From: Chara braunii
Lineage: Eukaryota; Plantae; Charophyceae
Assembly: GCA_003427395.1 (NCBI GenBank)
Contig: BFEA01000002.1
Coordinates: 6,689,635 to 6,750,227, forward strand
Direction of reading: 5' to 3'
Length of the DNA stretch: 60,593 bases
The stretch's first letter is position 1; each line of letters starts with the position of its first letter. Of this stretch, positions 12,127-25,370 are shown piece after piece. The notes under the pieces were generated by a model. It was given only the letters and a program-made list of their open reading frames with translations, had not been told where the DNA came from and ran no database searches. The translations under genes and the position numbers were made by a program.

Positions 12127-12165
<39 letters not shown>
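11624..12165 (+). repeat. Apparently identical copy of 4982-5521
   Basis: Same sequence at offset 6642. The ORF track gives identical translations. Confidence 0.9.
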
Positions 12166-12168
<3 letters not shown>

Positions 12169-12500
12169 TTTCTCACGGGCAGGTTCCTTGCATCTCGTTT
12201 ATTGCATTGAAAAAAATGTCTAGAAGAATGCTCAAGGAGAGTGGGCAAAATGCCTTTTTTTATTTTTTTAACCTGTCTTCTCCTCATCGGGGGACAGCCA
12301 TGCATTTTTCTCTCACCTCACACATTTCTTTAACTGGCGTTCTGCCATGTCATGCATGGAACATATCTTTCTTTCGAGAACCTACCTACCACTACTCCTA
12401 AAGCTATATACAGGGGCACCCCTACAAGCAGAGCTTTCTACCTCTCTTGGGTGAAGGCCCTGAAGGGAGGTTACCTCTCTCGGTCGTTGGAGAGGGGTAA

Positions 12501-12935
12501 GGGCCTTGTTCGACACCACTTGAAAATACTTGAGTTTCAAGGGCACCCTAACTCACGGAAGGTGATTAATTTCCCCTAAGTCGTTTTTTCGTTCCACAAC
12601 CCCTTGACGAAACCCTTGAGACGGTCGTCCTTGAAACTGAAGTGCTGACGTCATTGCACCACGAACAGTGGTGATTGGTGGAAAAAAAAAGAAAAAAAGA
12701 AAAAGGTCCGTAATATACCCGTTTTGAAGGGTGAAACCCTTGCGCCCCAAGTGACCTCTCGAGGCACCCTCGGGATTTTCGTCGATTTGCCTGGGCCACA
12801 CTTCCTTTTCAAGGGCGGACACTTGGCCGCGCGGATGTGGAAACAATTAGTGACTTCAAGGGTGCGTGATTAGGGCGGGGTCGAACGATGCTTCCTTGAA
12901 AAACAGCAATTTCCAAGTGGTGTCGAACGAGGCCC
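12501..12935. mobile_element. PIF/Harbinger (Tourist-like) MITE
   Basis: TIR gggccttgttcgacaccacttg/caagtggtgtcgaacgaggccc with TAA TSD on both sides. Confidence 0.85.
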
Positions 12936-14524
12936 TAAGGGCATGTTTTCCCCTTTGCCCTAGCTTCTAGGGTCCAGGGTTGGGGCCGCCGGTGGGGGGT
13001 CGCAAAAAGCCCCAAAAAAATGGCCAGTAGGGAAAATACTAATCAACATCGTACTACAACCTTCTACTCATATCACAAAAGAGACCTTGGCCTACACCCA
13101 AAGGAGGTCCGTGAAAAAATTGTCGTCTGTGGGGGCGCGTTGCGGCCGAACGAGTTAGCGCTAGAGCGCTCCGTTCCGAACCAACGCAGGTGACAAAGTT
13201 ACCACGGTGACTTCGCGCCTCTACTTCGTCGTGACCTCCGCCATCGCTGACGGAGAACGAGAGGTCCTTCTCCCTCACGCATCGTGAGCACCGACTAAGT
13301 CGGTAGGATCCTCATCGGAGTAGCCATTAACCCCAGAGCAAAGAGTCTTAACGCGTGCATCCAATTCAGGTGATATCCTTGTCAAGTGCTTCCAGTAACT
13401 GTACGCGGTAACTTCTGCTAGGTTAGAAAGTCGATGTCGCATACTCAGGTTTCACCGCCAGGAGCGATAACAGCTGGAAGTCTACCAGGGCGAGCAGCAA
13501 GATACTCTCAGCTCATTCTTATCGGGGACAAGGCGAGCCAGCGTGGGAGGCTAGAAAGATAACTTCGGTCGTCCACTTTTCGCATCAGTTTCTACTGAAG
13601 TATGAACTTCCACGACTACTCTCTAACACTAGGCCGATACACTAACCTGGTGGTGAAGTGAGAGAGGCATTATGCCCACATAGAGTGGAGATCGTATCGA
13701 CTGCTCCGGTCTCATTACTGCGGTAATTGCCTCGCTTCCAAAAGCACTAGGTTAAATAGTCGGATCTGGTCTTATTCGGCTACCATGACCACGTGTACGT
13801 GTGGCGTAGGTAATCCATTCGTGAAGAAGATGGGTCAGGCGGGCTCGTCCATTGAGCAAGCTTAACAATCAGGGAGCAATTAGCATCCAGAAGATAGAAG
13901 CAAAGAAGGTTCAACAGGGAATTTAGGGCAACCCGCCAGGTGTTACCGTACACTCCCAATGTGCCTAGTCTTTGATGGTAGGCGTGCTCGGGTCGGTGGC
14001 CTTGGGTGAGATCGCCTGGGGGCATTCGACCGCTCCCCCAGCGACCTGTCTATGAACCGTCTTCCGATGGATGTAGCCCGCCGTACTGGCCCGGCGTGAG
14101 ATTCCAGGGAGCAGACCTCCCAAATTCGACCCACCAGGTGATGCCTATAATCTCAAGCTAAGAAGCTGCACCCGGATCGGAATAGAGTAAAAATTCCTAG
14201 CTGGGATTGATGAGAGCGAGACTAGGTTCTTGGGCCGCTCATTTGTTAATTGCAACCGACGGGTAGCAGGATCTATCGAACGAGAAAGAAAAACGGGTTA
14301 TCCCTCTCTCGCTCATATTGCCAAGAGCTGCTCCGCGGGAAGACGCGCCTAGCCGGGCGTACCTTCATCGGGACGATAAAACGGACTATATACTTCGGGC
14401 GATTCACGTTGTGAGTCTGCCAGGAACCGGTCAGGGGCTCTCGCACCGGTGCATCCGCTGTCACCGCCACGTTCACACCTACTCAGGCCAAAGGAGGTGT
14501 CTTCAACGGAGACGGAGAACATCG

Positions 14525-17128
14525 ATGGAAGGGGAATCTTGTCAGGAGGAGAGGCTCCCGGTCCCGCCGGCGGATTACTGGGCAGTAGAAGACAAGGTCC
14601 GACACTCGCTGGGTCAATGCTACGATGAGGGGGTACTTCAAGTTACCCCAGATGTGGGGGAGGTGGTCAGCGATGAGAAAGGCAAGCGGTTCAAAGTTAA
14701 TGGCTCCTTAGATGCGATTAAGGAGAGGTGGTTAAAGGAACGAACTGTTATCTTCATCTTCCAGGACGAGTCAAGGAACCTGTCTCGGGCAGTGAAAGAA
14801 GATCTAGTGAGAGCTTACGAAGATGGATGGTTCGCGAAACGCCTGTTCAGACCGGAGGTGACAAGGGGAAGGATCAAATTCGAGGGGCCTAACGTCATTT
14901 CATACGTGGCTAAGGCGGTGGAGGTGGCTACATGGTTGGTACAGAAGGGTTCGACGCAGCTCTCTTTAAAAGGAAAGGACTACCCTGTGTCATTCAAGCC
15001 ATGGATGACCAAGGTAGAATTGAAGGATCTAAGGCTGAAGGATGCAGAGTCGAATTTTTGGATAGTGGCTTTGAGAGTGCCTTTAGATGCCATGTACTAC
15101 CTCCCAAGCGCCGCAGAAGGCCTGATTGGAGGAGTGAAGCATGTACATGCCCCTGAGATGGACAGATCGCGGCCAAAACTGATGAACATGAAGATAGATA
15201 TGGATCCGCAAGCAAGGTTTCGAGTGGAAGATACACTGACGATCGAATCCCCGAAAGGGGAACTATGGAAGGTGGAGGTGGCGACTCCGTATTCAGACTG
15301 GTGTCGGAAGTGCAGGTGGTACTTCCACACGGAGGAAAACTGCCCGAGGAATGCCACAGAGGACTGGTCACGCCGTCAGTGGGTTAACTCCAGGCTCCCT
15401 CGACAAAGCTCTGTCCCGGCACCGGCTTCTGTAGTCGCGGCCCCGCCACCTGCAGCAGCATCAGCAGCCAGAGGGCATTCGGCACAAGTGAGATCAAATG
15501 AGGAAGGCAGAAGGGCGGGATCTCGTAATCACGATACCGCAGGGGTCCGGGAAGACCACCACACTCAAGCGTACAATAGCAGGGATCAGCAGTTCCAAGC
15601 TGCTGGTCCGCCTCCAGGTTCCCAGTATGGCATTCCTAAGATGAGTCGACCTGATACATACCAGGCACCTTATCCTACCGGTCCCGCACACCCCCCGGCA
15701 CCCCAGCATCAATGGTCTATTCCCTCTCAATGGCAAGGGCCTTACTCTCATCTTTACCCCCCCTCTCTTCCCAATCCTCATCAAACCTATTAGCAGGTGA
15801 CGGCCGCAGCACACTACGCTCCAACTTACTTAGGAGCGGGACCCCAACCTTTTCACATCTACCATCAACCCCCGAACACATGTCTCATGCCCACTGTATG
15901 CCGAAGATGGTAGACTGCTGGGACACATAGACCAATGGCAGCCCCGTTATTCGAGACCGCTGGGACAGGGAGCATAACCGTTTCATGGAGAGGCCTATGG
16001 ATCCAGAGGGGTAGGGGTAGATCCTCAGCACTCTACACTGCACAGTACTCGAGTTAGGGAGGGACGGCGACCAGGAGGGGAGACCTCGATAGGGAAGATG
16101 GCAGAGGGGAGGGCAGAGAGATCCTTCATCTCAACCTCCTCCAAATCGAGGGTGGTGATGGGCAGCGAGGTCATAGGTGATGATGCGGCCAGACTGGATA
16201 CAGCCAGGGGCGAGGGGGAAGGTCTTCGGAGTCCTCAATGGGCAGCTCAGCGGGTTCACACAGGAGGGGAGGGACAATCACGGGGAATAACCGGAGAGGG
16301 CAATGCAGGGGAAATCCACTATACCAGGGAAAGGAGATAGCGTACGAGAACAGGGACAATGTAGAAAGACAGATTGTTTCCCTGGTGTGTTCAAGAGGCA
16401 AAGACTCGATCTTTTTCCTCGGAATGGCAGATGGGGAGGGCACACGGTACTTACCGTCCGAATCAATGGCAAAGACTCTGTCTCCGATCGAGATCGTTAC
16501 CCACACGAAGAACCTATTTGGGGACGCATTCCCACTGAGGATCGTCCCTAGATCAACAATGATTAACCTGGTTATGGAGCTACAGGATAAGACTTACAAA
16601 CTGTACTTCCCTCTGATAGACGCCAGGATTGACTCATCCACTGCCAATTCCCTTTCACAGGCAGAAGTAAACTGGTTCTAGTTAGATGCAGTGAGAGAAC
16701 GTAATAGCCATGAATTAGAATCGATAGCTATCACATCAGAGATCACGGCGTTAGTTCTGCTGAGTGTTAATGACAAACTGGGGTTAACAGAAAACCTCCA
16801 CTCTCAGTTCCTGGCAGACTCGCTGGCAGAGGCTTGGCACTCGCCGTCTCAGTCCAGCAACTCAAGGACCTCAAGGAAGTCCAGCCCGATGCTGAAGTCC
16901 CCGCAGCCTGAGCAGGCGAGGTGGGCAGATCAGTCCCAGTCACAAGTAACCCCTCCCATCCAATTTCCAGGGGATGTTCAAACTCATCATGGTTACGCTG
17001 AAACTCGCCACGTGGAACGCCAAGGGAATGGGGGACACCTCAGACAGAGAAAAGAGGAAGAGGATCAAGAACTGGGTGGCACGGGAAAAGGTGGACTGCA
17101 TCTGTGTGCAGGAGTCGAAATTAAGTGA
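14525..17128 (+). pseudogene. LINE ORF1 (CCHC knuckle, Pro/Gln-rich linker, extra C-terminal domain), interrupted
   Basis: CRKCRWYFHTEENC = CX2CX4HX4C. ORFs 14318, 16238 and 16691 share one frame and are broken by stops or frameshifts. Confidence 0.75.
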
Positions 17129-20100
17129 GGATAAGCTCGCAGCGTTGAACAGTTGGTGGGAGGGGGCGCAGGTCTGGTCCCCTGCACAGGGCACGAAGGG
17201 TGGAGTAGGCATGCTCCTCCATCGGAAATGGCTACCACAGGTGGTAGACTCAGAGGCGGATCTGTGGGGTAAGTGGGCTTGGATCCGCTTACGGCTAGGA
17301 CAGTGGAACTGGGTGATCATGACGGTGTATGCTCCGTCGGATCTACAGTCCCGGAACGCCTTTTTTCAGAAACTGCATGCGGTCATTCCTGCAGCGGACA
17401 GGTTAATCCTGACTGGAGATTGGAAGGTCTCCTTGGACGACGCGTTATCAGAGGGCACGCGCAGAGCAGGGAGAAAAGATGCGGGACTGCTGCTGGACCT
17501 GATGTAGGCCAAGGAACAATTGGACCCGTTTAGGACGCTGAACCCGGACGACCTGGGCTTCACCTGGTTCTCGAATGTAAGGAGAGATACTGGCGAGGTG
17601 TGCAGAAGGCGCCTAGATTTGTTTCTGGTGAACAGCAACCTGGCACAGCAGGTTACAGCGGTCAGGGCCATTTCCCACCCCCTCTCTAACCACAAACCAG
17701 TATTAGCAGAGGTGGTAGTGGAGTCCCTAGGTGAGAGGGGGAGAGCTCAGGGTATTTTAAGTTAAATTCCCAGAACCTCGAGGAAACGGGTCTGAGAGAG
17801 TGGGTTGCGGAGCACATGGAGGCCTGGAAATCGGCAAGACCGCATTTTTCCTCTATGGCGGAATGGTTGGAAGGCGGGTTAGCCACAGTCTCGGGGATGA
17901 TGGACATCTCCTCAAGGCTTCTAGCTAGGGAGCGAAACAAGGAAGAAGAGGATTGCAGGAAGGCTGTGGAAGCAGTGGAGAGGAGGATGGAGATTCATCC
18001 CATATCAGAGCTGGCCTGGGCCAGAGAAAGGGAAAAGCGCTTGGCAAAATGGGACAAACTGCAGCTGGACAAACAGGGTAGATGGGAGGAAGCTCTGAAA
18101 CTCAAAGGCATTATGGTTCAGGACCGACTTACCAAAGAAACATTCCGCAAGCTGCTCCCGAGCACCTCCTTCCATCAGATGGTACAGCTAGATCACCCGT
18201 TTGATCAAGCTGCTCCCCCAGCCACAGGGTCAGCAAAAATGCTTGAGTATGCAAGGCTATACTACGCGGACATCCTCACCTCCCGCAGGTGGGAAGACAT
18301 TGTGCACTCTGACTTATCTCAAGAGGTGGATATGTGGAAGGACACGGGGGTGCAGCTGACTACAGGGGAAAGGCTCGGGCTGGACAGACCAGTGACCTCG
18401 GAGGAAATGCAGCATACACTCAAGGAGATGGCGAATGGCAAGTGTCCAGGTATAAATGGTCTGACGGTAGAATTTTACCGAGCCTGCTGGGGGGCGTTCG
18501 CACCGGCGTTAGTACAGGTATACAACGAGGTGTTAACAAGTGGCAATTTGGGAGAGATGATGACTCATGGAGTCATCTCAGTGATGTTCAAGAAGGGGGA
18601 CAAGGCCAATGTTAGAGATTACAGGCCGATCTCGGTTCTCAACGTAGATTATAAAATTTTGGCCAAGACACTAGCCATCCGACTGGGAAATTTCTCCCAA
18701 GGCTGATCGAGAGGGACCAAGGAGCGTTTGTGCAAGGAAGGTCTATTTTGTAAATATCCTGACTGCTATTGAGTCCATCGAGGTGGTACAGGCGGAACAC
18801 AAGGATGTTGCGATTTTGTTGTTGGACATGGAGAAGCGTACAACCGGGTGGGCTGGTCATTCGTTCTCACTACTTTGAGAAAGTTGGGAATTGGAGAGGG
18901 ATTCTGCAGATGGGTGATCGCCTTGTACACCTTCTCAACCTCATCAGTCCTGGTTAACGGCCACATGTCCCGCCCCTTCCATCTCACCCGCTCCCTGCGG
19001 CAGGGCTGCCCTCTCGCTCCTCTCCTCTTTGTCCTCCAGCTGGAGGTACCTCTGAACTGCATTAGGAAACATCCGCTGATTCGTGGCCTGAGACTGTCGG
19101 CGGACAGAGATTGTAGGGTGAAGGCCCTAGCGGATGATCTCTTCATTGTGTCAGAGAACACCCAGGCTTCCCTAGTGGCTGTCAAATCAGTCCTAGTAGA
19201 CTACGCACAGCTGTCGGAAGCCCAGGTAAACTGGAACAAATCCACTTACCTCCTCCCTGCAGATCTTTCCCTCCAAGTTCAGTGGGGCATGCAGCGAGGA
19301 GACCCAGCGAAAGGTGAACGATTCCTGGGGGTAATGGTCAGCACACAGATCATGAGTTCAGCACAAGGGCTTATCTTAGAACAGAGAATAGCGGCTAGAC
19401 TAAAGATATGGGGTTCAGTCGGGCATCTCTCTCTGTTTGGTAGGGCCTTGGTAGTCAATGTGGCCTTGTTCGCCTTGCTGTGGTTCGTCGGCGCGGTCAG
19501 AGAGGTGGCAGATACTGCGCTGGCAGTAATTAAGAGACTGGTGTCCAGGTTTCTGTGGAAACCCCGAGCAATGGCGGATGAAGGATTTCTTGTCAAAGTG
19601 GCGTGGGAACTGATAACTTACCCCAAAGACCAAGGTGGTCTGGGCCTGATCGACCCAAAAAGGAAGAACCAGGCTCAACTCAGAGCCTCAATTGCGAAGC
19701 TGGCCATGGCCTCCCACAAGGATGACTGGATCCTGCTGGCAGAAACCCTGCTGATGAGGGAATGGCAGGTGCTCCGTCCAGAGGACGTGTGGGGGTGCTT
19801 TTTCATGAAATCCTTCATGAAGAAGAAACTGAAATCTGAATTCTGGGAGGCGGTGAGGAAAGCCTGGATCGCTCACCCCCCTGATCTCCAGACCTCACCG
19901 TGCACTAAAGAAGAAGTTTTGAGGCAGTGCTTGTTCGAAAATCCAAGGATCTTAGCCAATGACGACAACGAGTTCTCTGTAGGCCCAGAATCCGGTGCAT
20001 TTGGAAAGGCATGGATCCGGTGGGGCGTCACTTTTGTGGCTGATCTATGGTCGGATGTACTGGGGACGTGGAAGCCGCTGGAGGGAGTCAAAGCAACTCT

Positions 20101-21254
20101 GCATAACCTTCGCTCAGTGGAAATAAATTGGCCGGCGCTTATTCAGGCTATCCCCCCGGACTGGGCGGCCCTGCTGGGCCCAGAGGGCCTTGACCCCCCG
20201 GGCACCTGGTATGCAGGCACCACCACAGACAATCAACAGGCGGCATGGAAGCTACTCAGCCTTACCATGTCAGGCTTTAGAGAAGTGCAAAGCTGAAGAG
20301 TAACTAACGCGGATGGGATGCTAGAATACATTGAGGAGGTGACAGTGAAAGAATGGGCTAACCCTCCGCAGATTCGAGTGGTGGAAGAAAGGGATGGATA
20401 CGGGCGGGTGGTTCATTCTTGATGGGTGGAAAGAGTCCCACTCAGGAAGCTGTCTATTGACCCTCTAGCCTGGGGGTGGAAAGGAAATCAAAGAGGGGCA
20501 GCGACTACTCAAGGAATCGGCCTATCCAACTTCTCCTCACAGACTTCTTATCGCCTAGCGGATAAGAGGACCAGGTCTCCAGCATCGGTAGCGATCTCCC
20601 GCTCGAGCACAGTGCTGCTAGAAGACTTGCAAGGAGCTGAGAAGGATTTCAGGAAGCTTTGGAGTATCCTTTTGGAACTACCCAACGTTAAGCAGGCCAG
20701 CCTCTTATGGATGCTTTCCATGCTGGTCACTCCCTCAGCGGTGTGGCTCTGTGGAAGGGGAGTAGAAGTATCCTTGGGGTGTGCTAGGTGCACAGAATCC
20801 CTGGAGTCCACCCGCCACCTGTGGTGGGACTGTCCGGCTTCGAGACGCATGTGGGGATGGTGGGCCCAACACTGTCAACAGATGGGAGGCAAGGATATTG
20901 TGTGGGAGGAAAGATGGGTCCTGCTGGGGTTCCCCGGAGGATAACACTGGGAAGAGAGGATGGGCTTATATGGCACAAGTGGTAAGGGCGGTTATCTGTA
21001 CAGTAATCTGGGCAGACAGAAACCGCTCCCGTTTTGAGAGGAGACCCTACTCTGATATCGACCTCAAAGCGGCCATCAAGAAAGGCATTCGGCAAGCAAT
21101 CGTTATTGACTGGAGAAGACGGGCCAAGAAAGGTTCTGCATCCAGGCCCAGACTGTGGTGGTTTTTGAGAACCTGGGCGGTGGAAAACAGACTGGCCGGA
21201 GTGCATAGGTCAAGAGGGTTGTTCCTGTCCAAGTGGCTGTTCGACCCTCCCTGA
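16974..21254 (+). pseudogene. LINE ORF2: APE endonuclease, reverse transcriptase, zf-RVT; disrupted
   Basis: TWNAKG, CVQESK, VYAP, LTGDW, RRLDLFL, LSNHKPV; GKCPGINGL, DYRPISVLNVDYKILAK, LRQGCPLAP, LADD, GGLG; CARC..ESTRHLWWDC. Several stops and frameshifts. Confidence 0.92.
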
Positions 21255-22224
21255 GGATTTAGCTGTAGGATCTTCGTTGTAGATTAGTCCCTTTTTTTTT
21301 CGTCCAACCAGGGCACTCGGTTGCTTAGGGTCGCGGTAGACCTCTAGGCGAGTGTCTGAGAGTAGGGTAGGTAGGTGTCCAGTGGGCCGGCTTAGTCCCA
21401 CATGGTCACAGCCTAGGGTCAGGTATTTAAGTCTGCTTGTTCAATCTGGTCTACTTTCAACGTCCCGTATTCATCAAAGATTATTTTTCCGGTGATGGGA
21501 CTGTTTAGAGGTCAGTGGTGTTTTAGCATAGAAGGGCTGCTCATCTCCACCATCTACAGCTCAGAAGGTAGGAATTGGGAAAGTCTGTAGCAGACTTCCT
21601 GCAGGCCTAGCCTGTAAGCTAAGCTGGCTGATGCTGTCAGTAACCACCGGGTTGAATTGTGAGGTCCCCGGCCTCGACACTTAAATTGGAATGAATGTTT
21701 TGGTTTCGTTTAAAAAAAAAAAAAAAGAGACCTTGCTGACCCAGGGAAGACCTTGCTGACGTCAACCTTTTTGTTAGCATGGCCGCACTAGACTCCACTC
21801 CCAGTGTATGGGCCTCGCCACACCACTCGCTCGCTGATTGCACAAAAACGGCAAATGTATCTTGACGGCGAAGGTAGGAAGATGCAATCCACTATGCGCT
21901 CGCGTGGTGTAGCGAGGCCCATGCACGTGGAGTGGTGTCGCGAGGCCCATGCACGTGCACGTGGTGTAGCGAGGCCCATGCACGTGGAGTGGTCTCGCGA
22001 GGCCCGTACACGAGGATTGGGCGTCGCTAACTGCACAAAATGGCAGGTTGTATCTCGAAGGAGAGGGTAGAAATGTACAACCTAGTGTTCATAGTGCGCA
22101 AGTGGCGAGCCGAGGCACTCTATCTCGTACAAAACCAACGAGCTCATTTATCTACGCAACACTCAGCCACTGAACAACAGAAGCAGACAGCTTAAGAAGC
22201 ACAAAACAGAAATCCGAAGAAAGA

Positions 22225-22251
22225 ATGCGTGTCCGTGCGGGTGTGTATGAG

Positions 22252-22292
<41 letters not shown>

Positions 22293-22294
22293 GC

Positions 22295-22347
<53 letters not shown>

Positions 22348-22644
22348 TACGTGTGCGTGCCTGCGTGCGTGCATGCGTGTGCGTGTTCGTGTCTATGCGA
22401 GTGTGGGAGCGTGTGTGCGTGTGTGCGTGCGTGCGTGCGTGCGTGCGTGCGAGCGTGTGAGCGTGTGTGAGTGCGCGTGAGCGTGTGCGTGCGTGCATGT
22501 GTGCGTGCGTGCCTGTGAGCGTGTGTCGTGCGTGCGTGTGAGCGTGTGTGTGTGCGTGGCGTGCGTGTGTGACCGTGTGTGCGTGCGTGCGTGAGTGTGC
22601 GCGTGTGTGCGTGCGTGTGTCAGCGTCTGTGCGTGCACGTGCAC
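22225..22644. repeat. (GT)n/(GCGT)n compound microsatellite
   Basis: About 420 bp of alternating purine-pyrimidine sequence. Confidence 0.92.
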
Positions 22645-22948
22645 CCGGGCGTACCCATTTCCTACGTCAAGTTGCCATCGCTTGGTTGATTAACTGCTCG
22701 ATTGATTAAATGGGCATATTGTTAAGGACTGATTAACTCCTTGACTGGTACTCTCCGCCCGCTTCAAATCCTAACAAGTTGGTAGAATTCTTAAGGGAGC
22801 AGTGTCCACCTGTTCTTAACCCTTTTTGCAGTGAAGTAATGACCGTTTTGACAAGTCAGTGCCTCAGGACGCGCTCATCAGTTCAACTCACACATTACCC
22901 ACAGGTAGTGCTTAGTAGTCCATCTGTTTGGCTACGCGCCACTCGTAC

Positions 22949-22951
<3 letters not shown>

Positions 22952-23024
<73 letters not shown>

Positions 23025-23055
23025 NCACACACACACACACACACACGCACACACA
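22952..23055. repeat. (CT)n-(CA)n microsatellite with single-N junction
   Basis: Direct reading. Confidence 0.9.
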
Positions 23056-24232
23056 TCGGGAGAAGCGTACGCCTCCTCGGGACACGCACGAAGCATGTCC
23101 TATCCTTTCAGAGCCTCCGTCCTCGTTGGCAATCCGCCCTACCTATCGCGGATTAATTCTACAACATAGTAGTATTTGAATACTTTCATCAGATCGTTTA
23201 GTTCCGTTTTCTGTGTCGATTAAACTGATTGATTGGTTGGTTGATTGGCTGGTGATTGGTTGGTTGATTGGATGGTTAACTCGTTGGATGCTCGGCGGTT
23301 TTTCTCTCCTTTTGACGACGACACTCCTCATCGTGATCAATTACAATTGTCTTCAATGGATGGTCATGCACAGCTAATCCCCATATTAACCCCTTGATTG
23401 GTTTCCTCCTCGATCGATCTGTTCGAACCTATTCTACTTCATATGATAGACTCTTGATTCCGTTTTTTTTTTTTCCTTGCAGTCGATCTCTACAAGACTT
23501 GAACATGTGGCCTTCACCTTGGATCGCCAGAGTCATTTTACAAGGATTCACTATCGTATCAAGATGATTGGTTGCTCTCTGATGATTGGCTCAGAAATTT
23601 TGCAATCGATTAATCAAGATGATTGATTGCTTGCTCATCATCCAACTCACCTGATCAGCCGTTTGCCAAACGATCGATCACCAGCTGTCGATCGTTCGCA
23701 ACAGATCGAGTGTTGTGGATTTCGATCGTTTGTAACCGACGAATCAATCAATCAATCAATCAATCAATGGATCGTTTATAACCGATCGATTGTTGGTGAT
23801 CGATCGTTTGCGGTTGGTGATCGATCGGTTGAGTTGGATAACAAAAATCAGTATCTACGAGTCTGCTGTCACTCTTCTCTTTGCGCGTTTTATATTTGAT
23901 TCGAGTTTTTTAAATTTGATTCGTTATATTTCATACGTTGCTTGCTTTTGTACGTTTCAGAGCCCTTGTTCGATTTTTCATCGTTTGATCTAATCGATCC
24001 AACGGTCAATTGAACGATCGATCGATTGATGGATTGAATGCTTGCTTGATTGATTAATTAACTGATTGAGTTGATTGATTGATGGATTGATTACTTGGTT
24101 GATTGATTGATTGTTTTGTCGGCTGATTATTGCGTTTGTTGAGTGAAGAATCGATTCGACTGCTAATTAGTGGAAACATACAGCACACGTCCTGCGTAAG
24201 AAGATCAGCAGGCACTAATCTAGAAATGACCT

Positions 24233-24276
<44 letters not shown>

Positions 24277-24480
24277 AAAAAAAAAAAAAAAGCAAACAAA
24301 TAAAAAATGGAAAAAAAAAAAATCAAAGTCAAGAACAGACGAACAACCTGGTCATGATAGAGGTTACAAGAGTAGTAGCCGCAGGGAGGAGGAGGAGGAG
24401 GAGGGATAGAAGATAATAAGCGTGATGCATTTTGCGTGCGTATCTCTCTCTAAGACTTTCTATTTATAGCCTTTACTCAC

Positions 24481-24866
24481 GTCGTGGTCGGTGCCGCAAC
24501 CCACAGGCTTAGCCCTTCGATGGATTGTCCAATTACCGCCGTGACTGGCGCGTTGAGTGCCCAGTCGGGATCCCGTCTGTTATCTGACAAATGCATCATT
24601 ATGTCCACCATGTTTATCATACCAATGTACTGTCTGGTCGGGGTCCCTGCCAGCACGTCCCCTGATGTGATCACATTCGAGCCGCCCGCCCCCGCCCATT
24701 CTCCCGGTGGAGCATACACTGGAAGGGCCAAGATATCGGTGGCCAGCATTTTCTGAAGCGCCTCCCTGACCGTCGATGTATGGCTGATCTCGATCACTCT
24801 ACCCTTTGCACGAACCAGATCAAGCACAAGACGATCCCGAAAAAGAGACGACGAAGCCACCGCCAT
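24481..24866 (-). CDS. Exon 1 of SnRK1/SNF1 gamma-like CBS-domain protein (PV42-like)
   Basis: ATG at 24866. Translation ALPVYAPPGEWAGAGGS...RQYIGMINMVDI...IGQSIEGLSLW matches recalled plant PV42a/b motifs (ALPVAAPPGHWIGAGGS, HYIG, IIGHCLEGLSLW). Ends at donor AC|GTGAGT, phase 2. Confidence 0.92.
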
Positions 24867-24968
24867 CACCGCGGCACGCTCAGTTTTTTTTCCTCCTTCT
24901 TGAACACCTTCCTCCTCTCTCCTTTCTCCCCTGATATAGGTTGGTTCCTTCCTCTTCCTCCTCTCTCT

Positions 24969-25005
<37 letters not shown>

Positions 25006-25275
25006 TGGTTCTCACTTCCTCAAGATGCCAGGAAGGTTGCTTCTTCCTTTTCCTTCTTTGGGTTTTTGTTTTGCATTCCCTCCGGTGGCTCCCTCTTTGG
25101 CTCCCCAACCTCCTCTCCCCAACCTCCTCCTACTACGACGACATCCCGTCGACTTGCACCTCCGCTACCTCCTCCTCTCCCCCCCTAGATCCTCCTCCTC
25201 CTCCTGCTGCTGCTGTTGCTGTTATACCCCCTCCTTTCTTCGCCTTCCTCCTCCTATCCTTCTCCTTCTCCTCAG

Positions 25276-25370
25276 GAGGAGATCGATAGCGCACGCCTGC
25301 ACAAGTGGCAGCAATGTGGCGTGAGGAGATCGATAGCGCACGCCTGCACACGTGGCAGCAATGTGGCGTG
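25276..25370. promoter_or_regulatory. 47-bp tandem duplication upstream of the PV42-like gene; G-box in one copy
   Basis: gaggagatcgatagcgcacgcctgcaca(a/c)gtggcagcaatgtggcgt twice, CACGTG at 25349-25354. Regulatory role is inferred from position only. Confidence 0.4.

Larger units (their letters stand above)
13090..21726 (+). mobile_element. Full-length decayed L1/Tx1-like LINE (~8.6 kb), antisense to the host gene
   Basis: TSD aaaagagaccttg at 13077-13089 and 21723-21735, poly(A) 21712-21726, ORF1 and ORF2 present. Confidence 0.9.
1371..24480 (-). other. 23.1-kb GT-AG intron of the PV42-like gene
   Basis: Canonical GTGAGT donor and CAG acceptor, phase-compatible, protein collinear across the junction. 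Filled with TEs and contains one N gap. Confidence 0.85.

Noticed and set aside
23572-23612. Second hammerhead (ctgatga..gaaa)
   Set aside because: Stem II and stem I geometry do not form, and it lies in GATT-rich low-complexity DNA.
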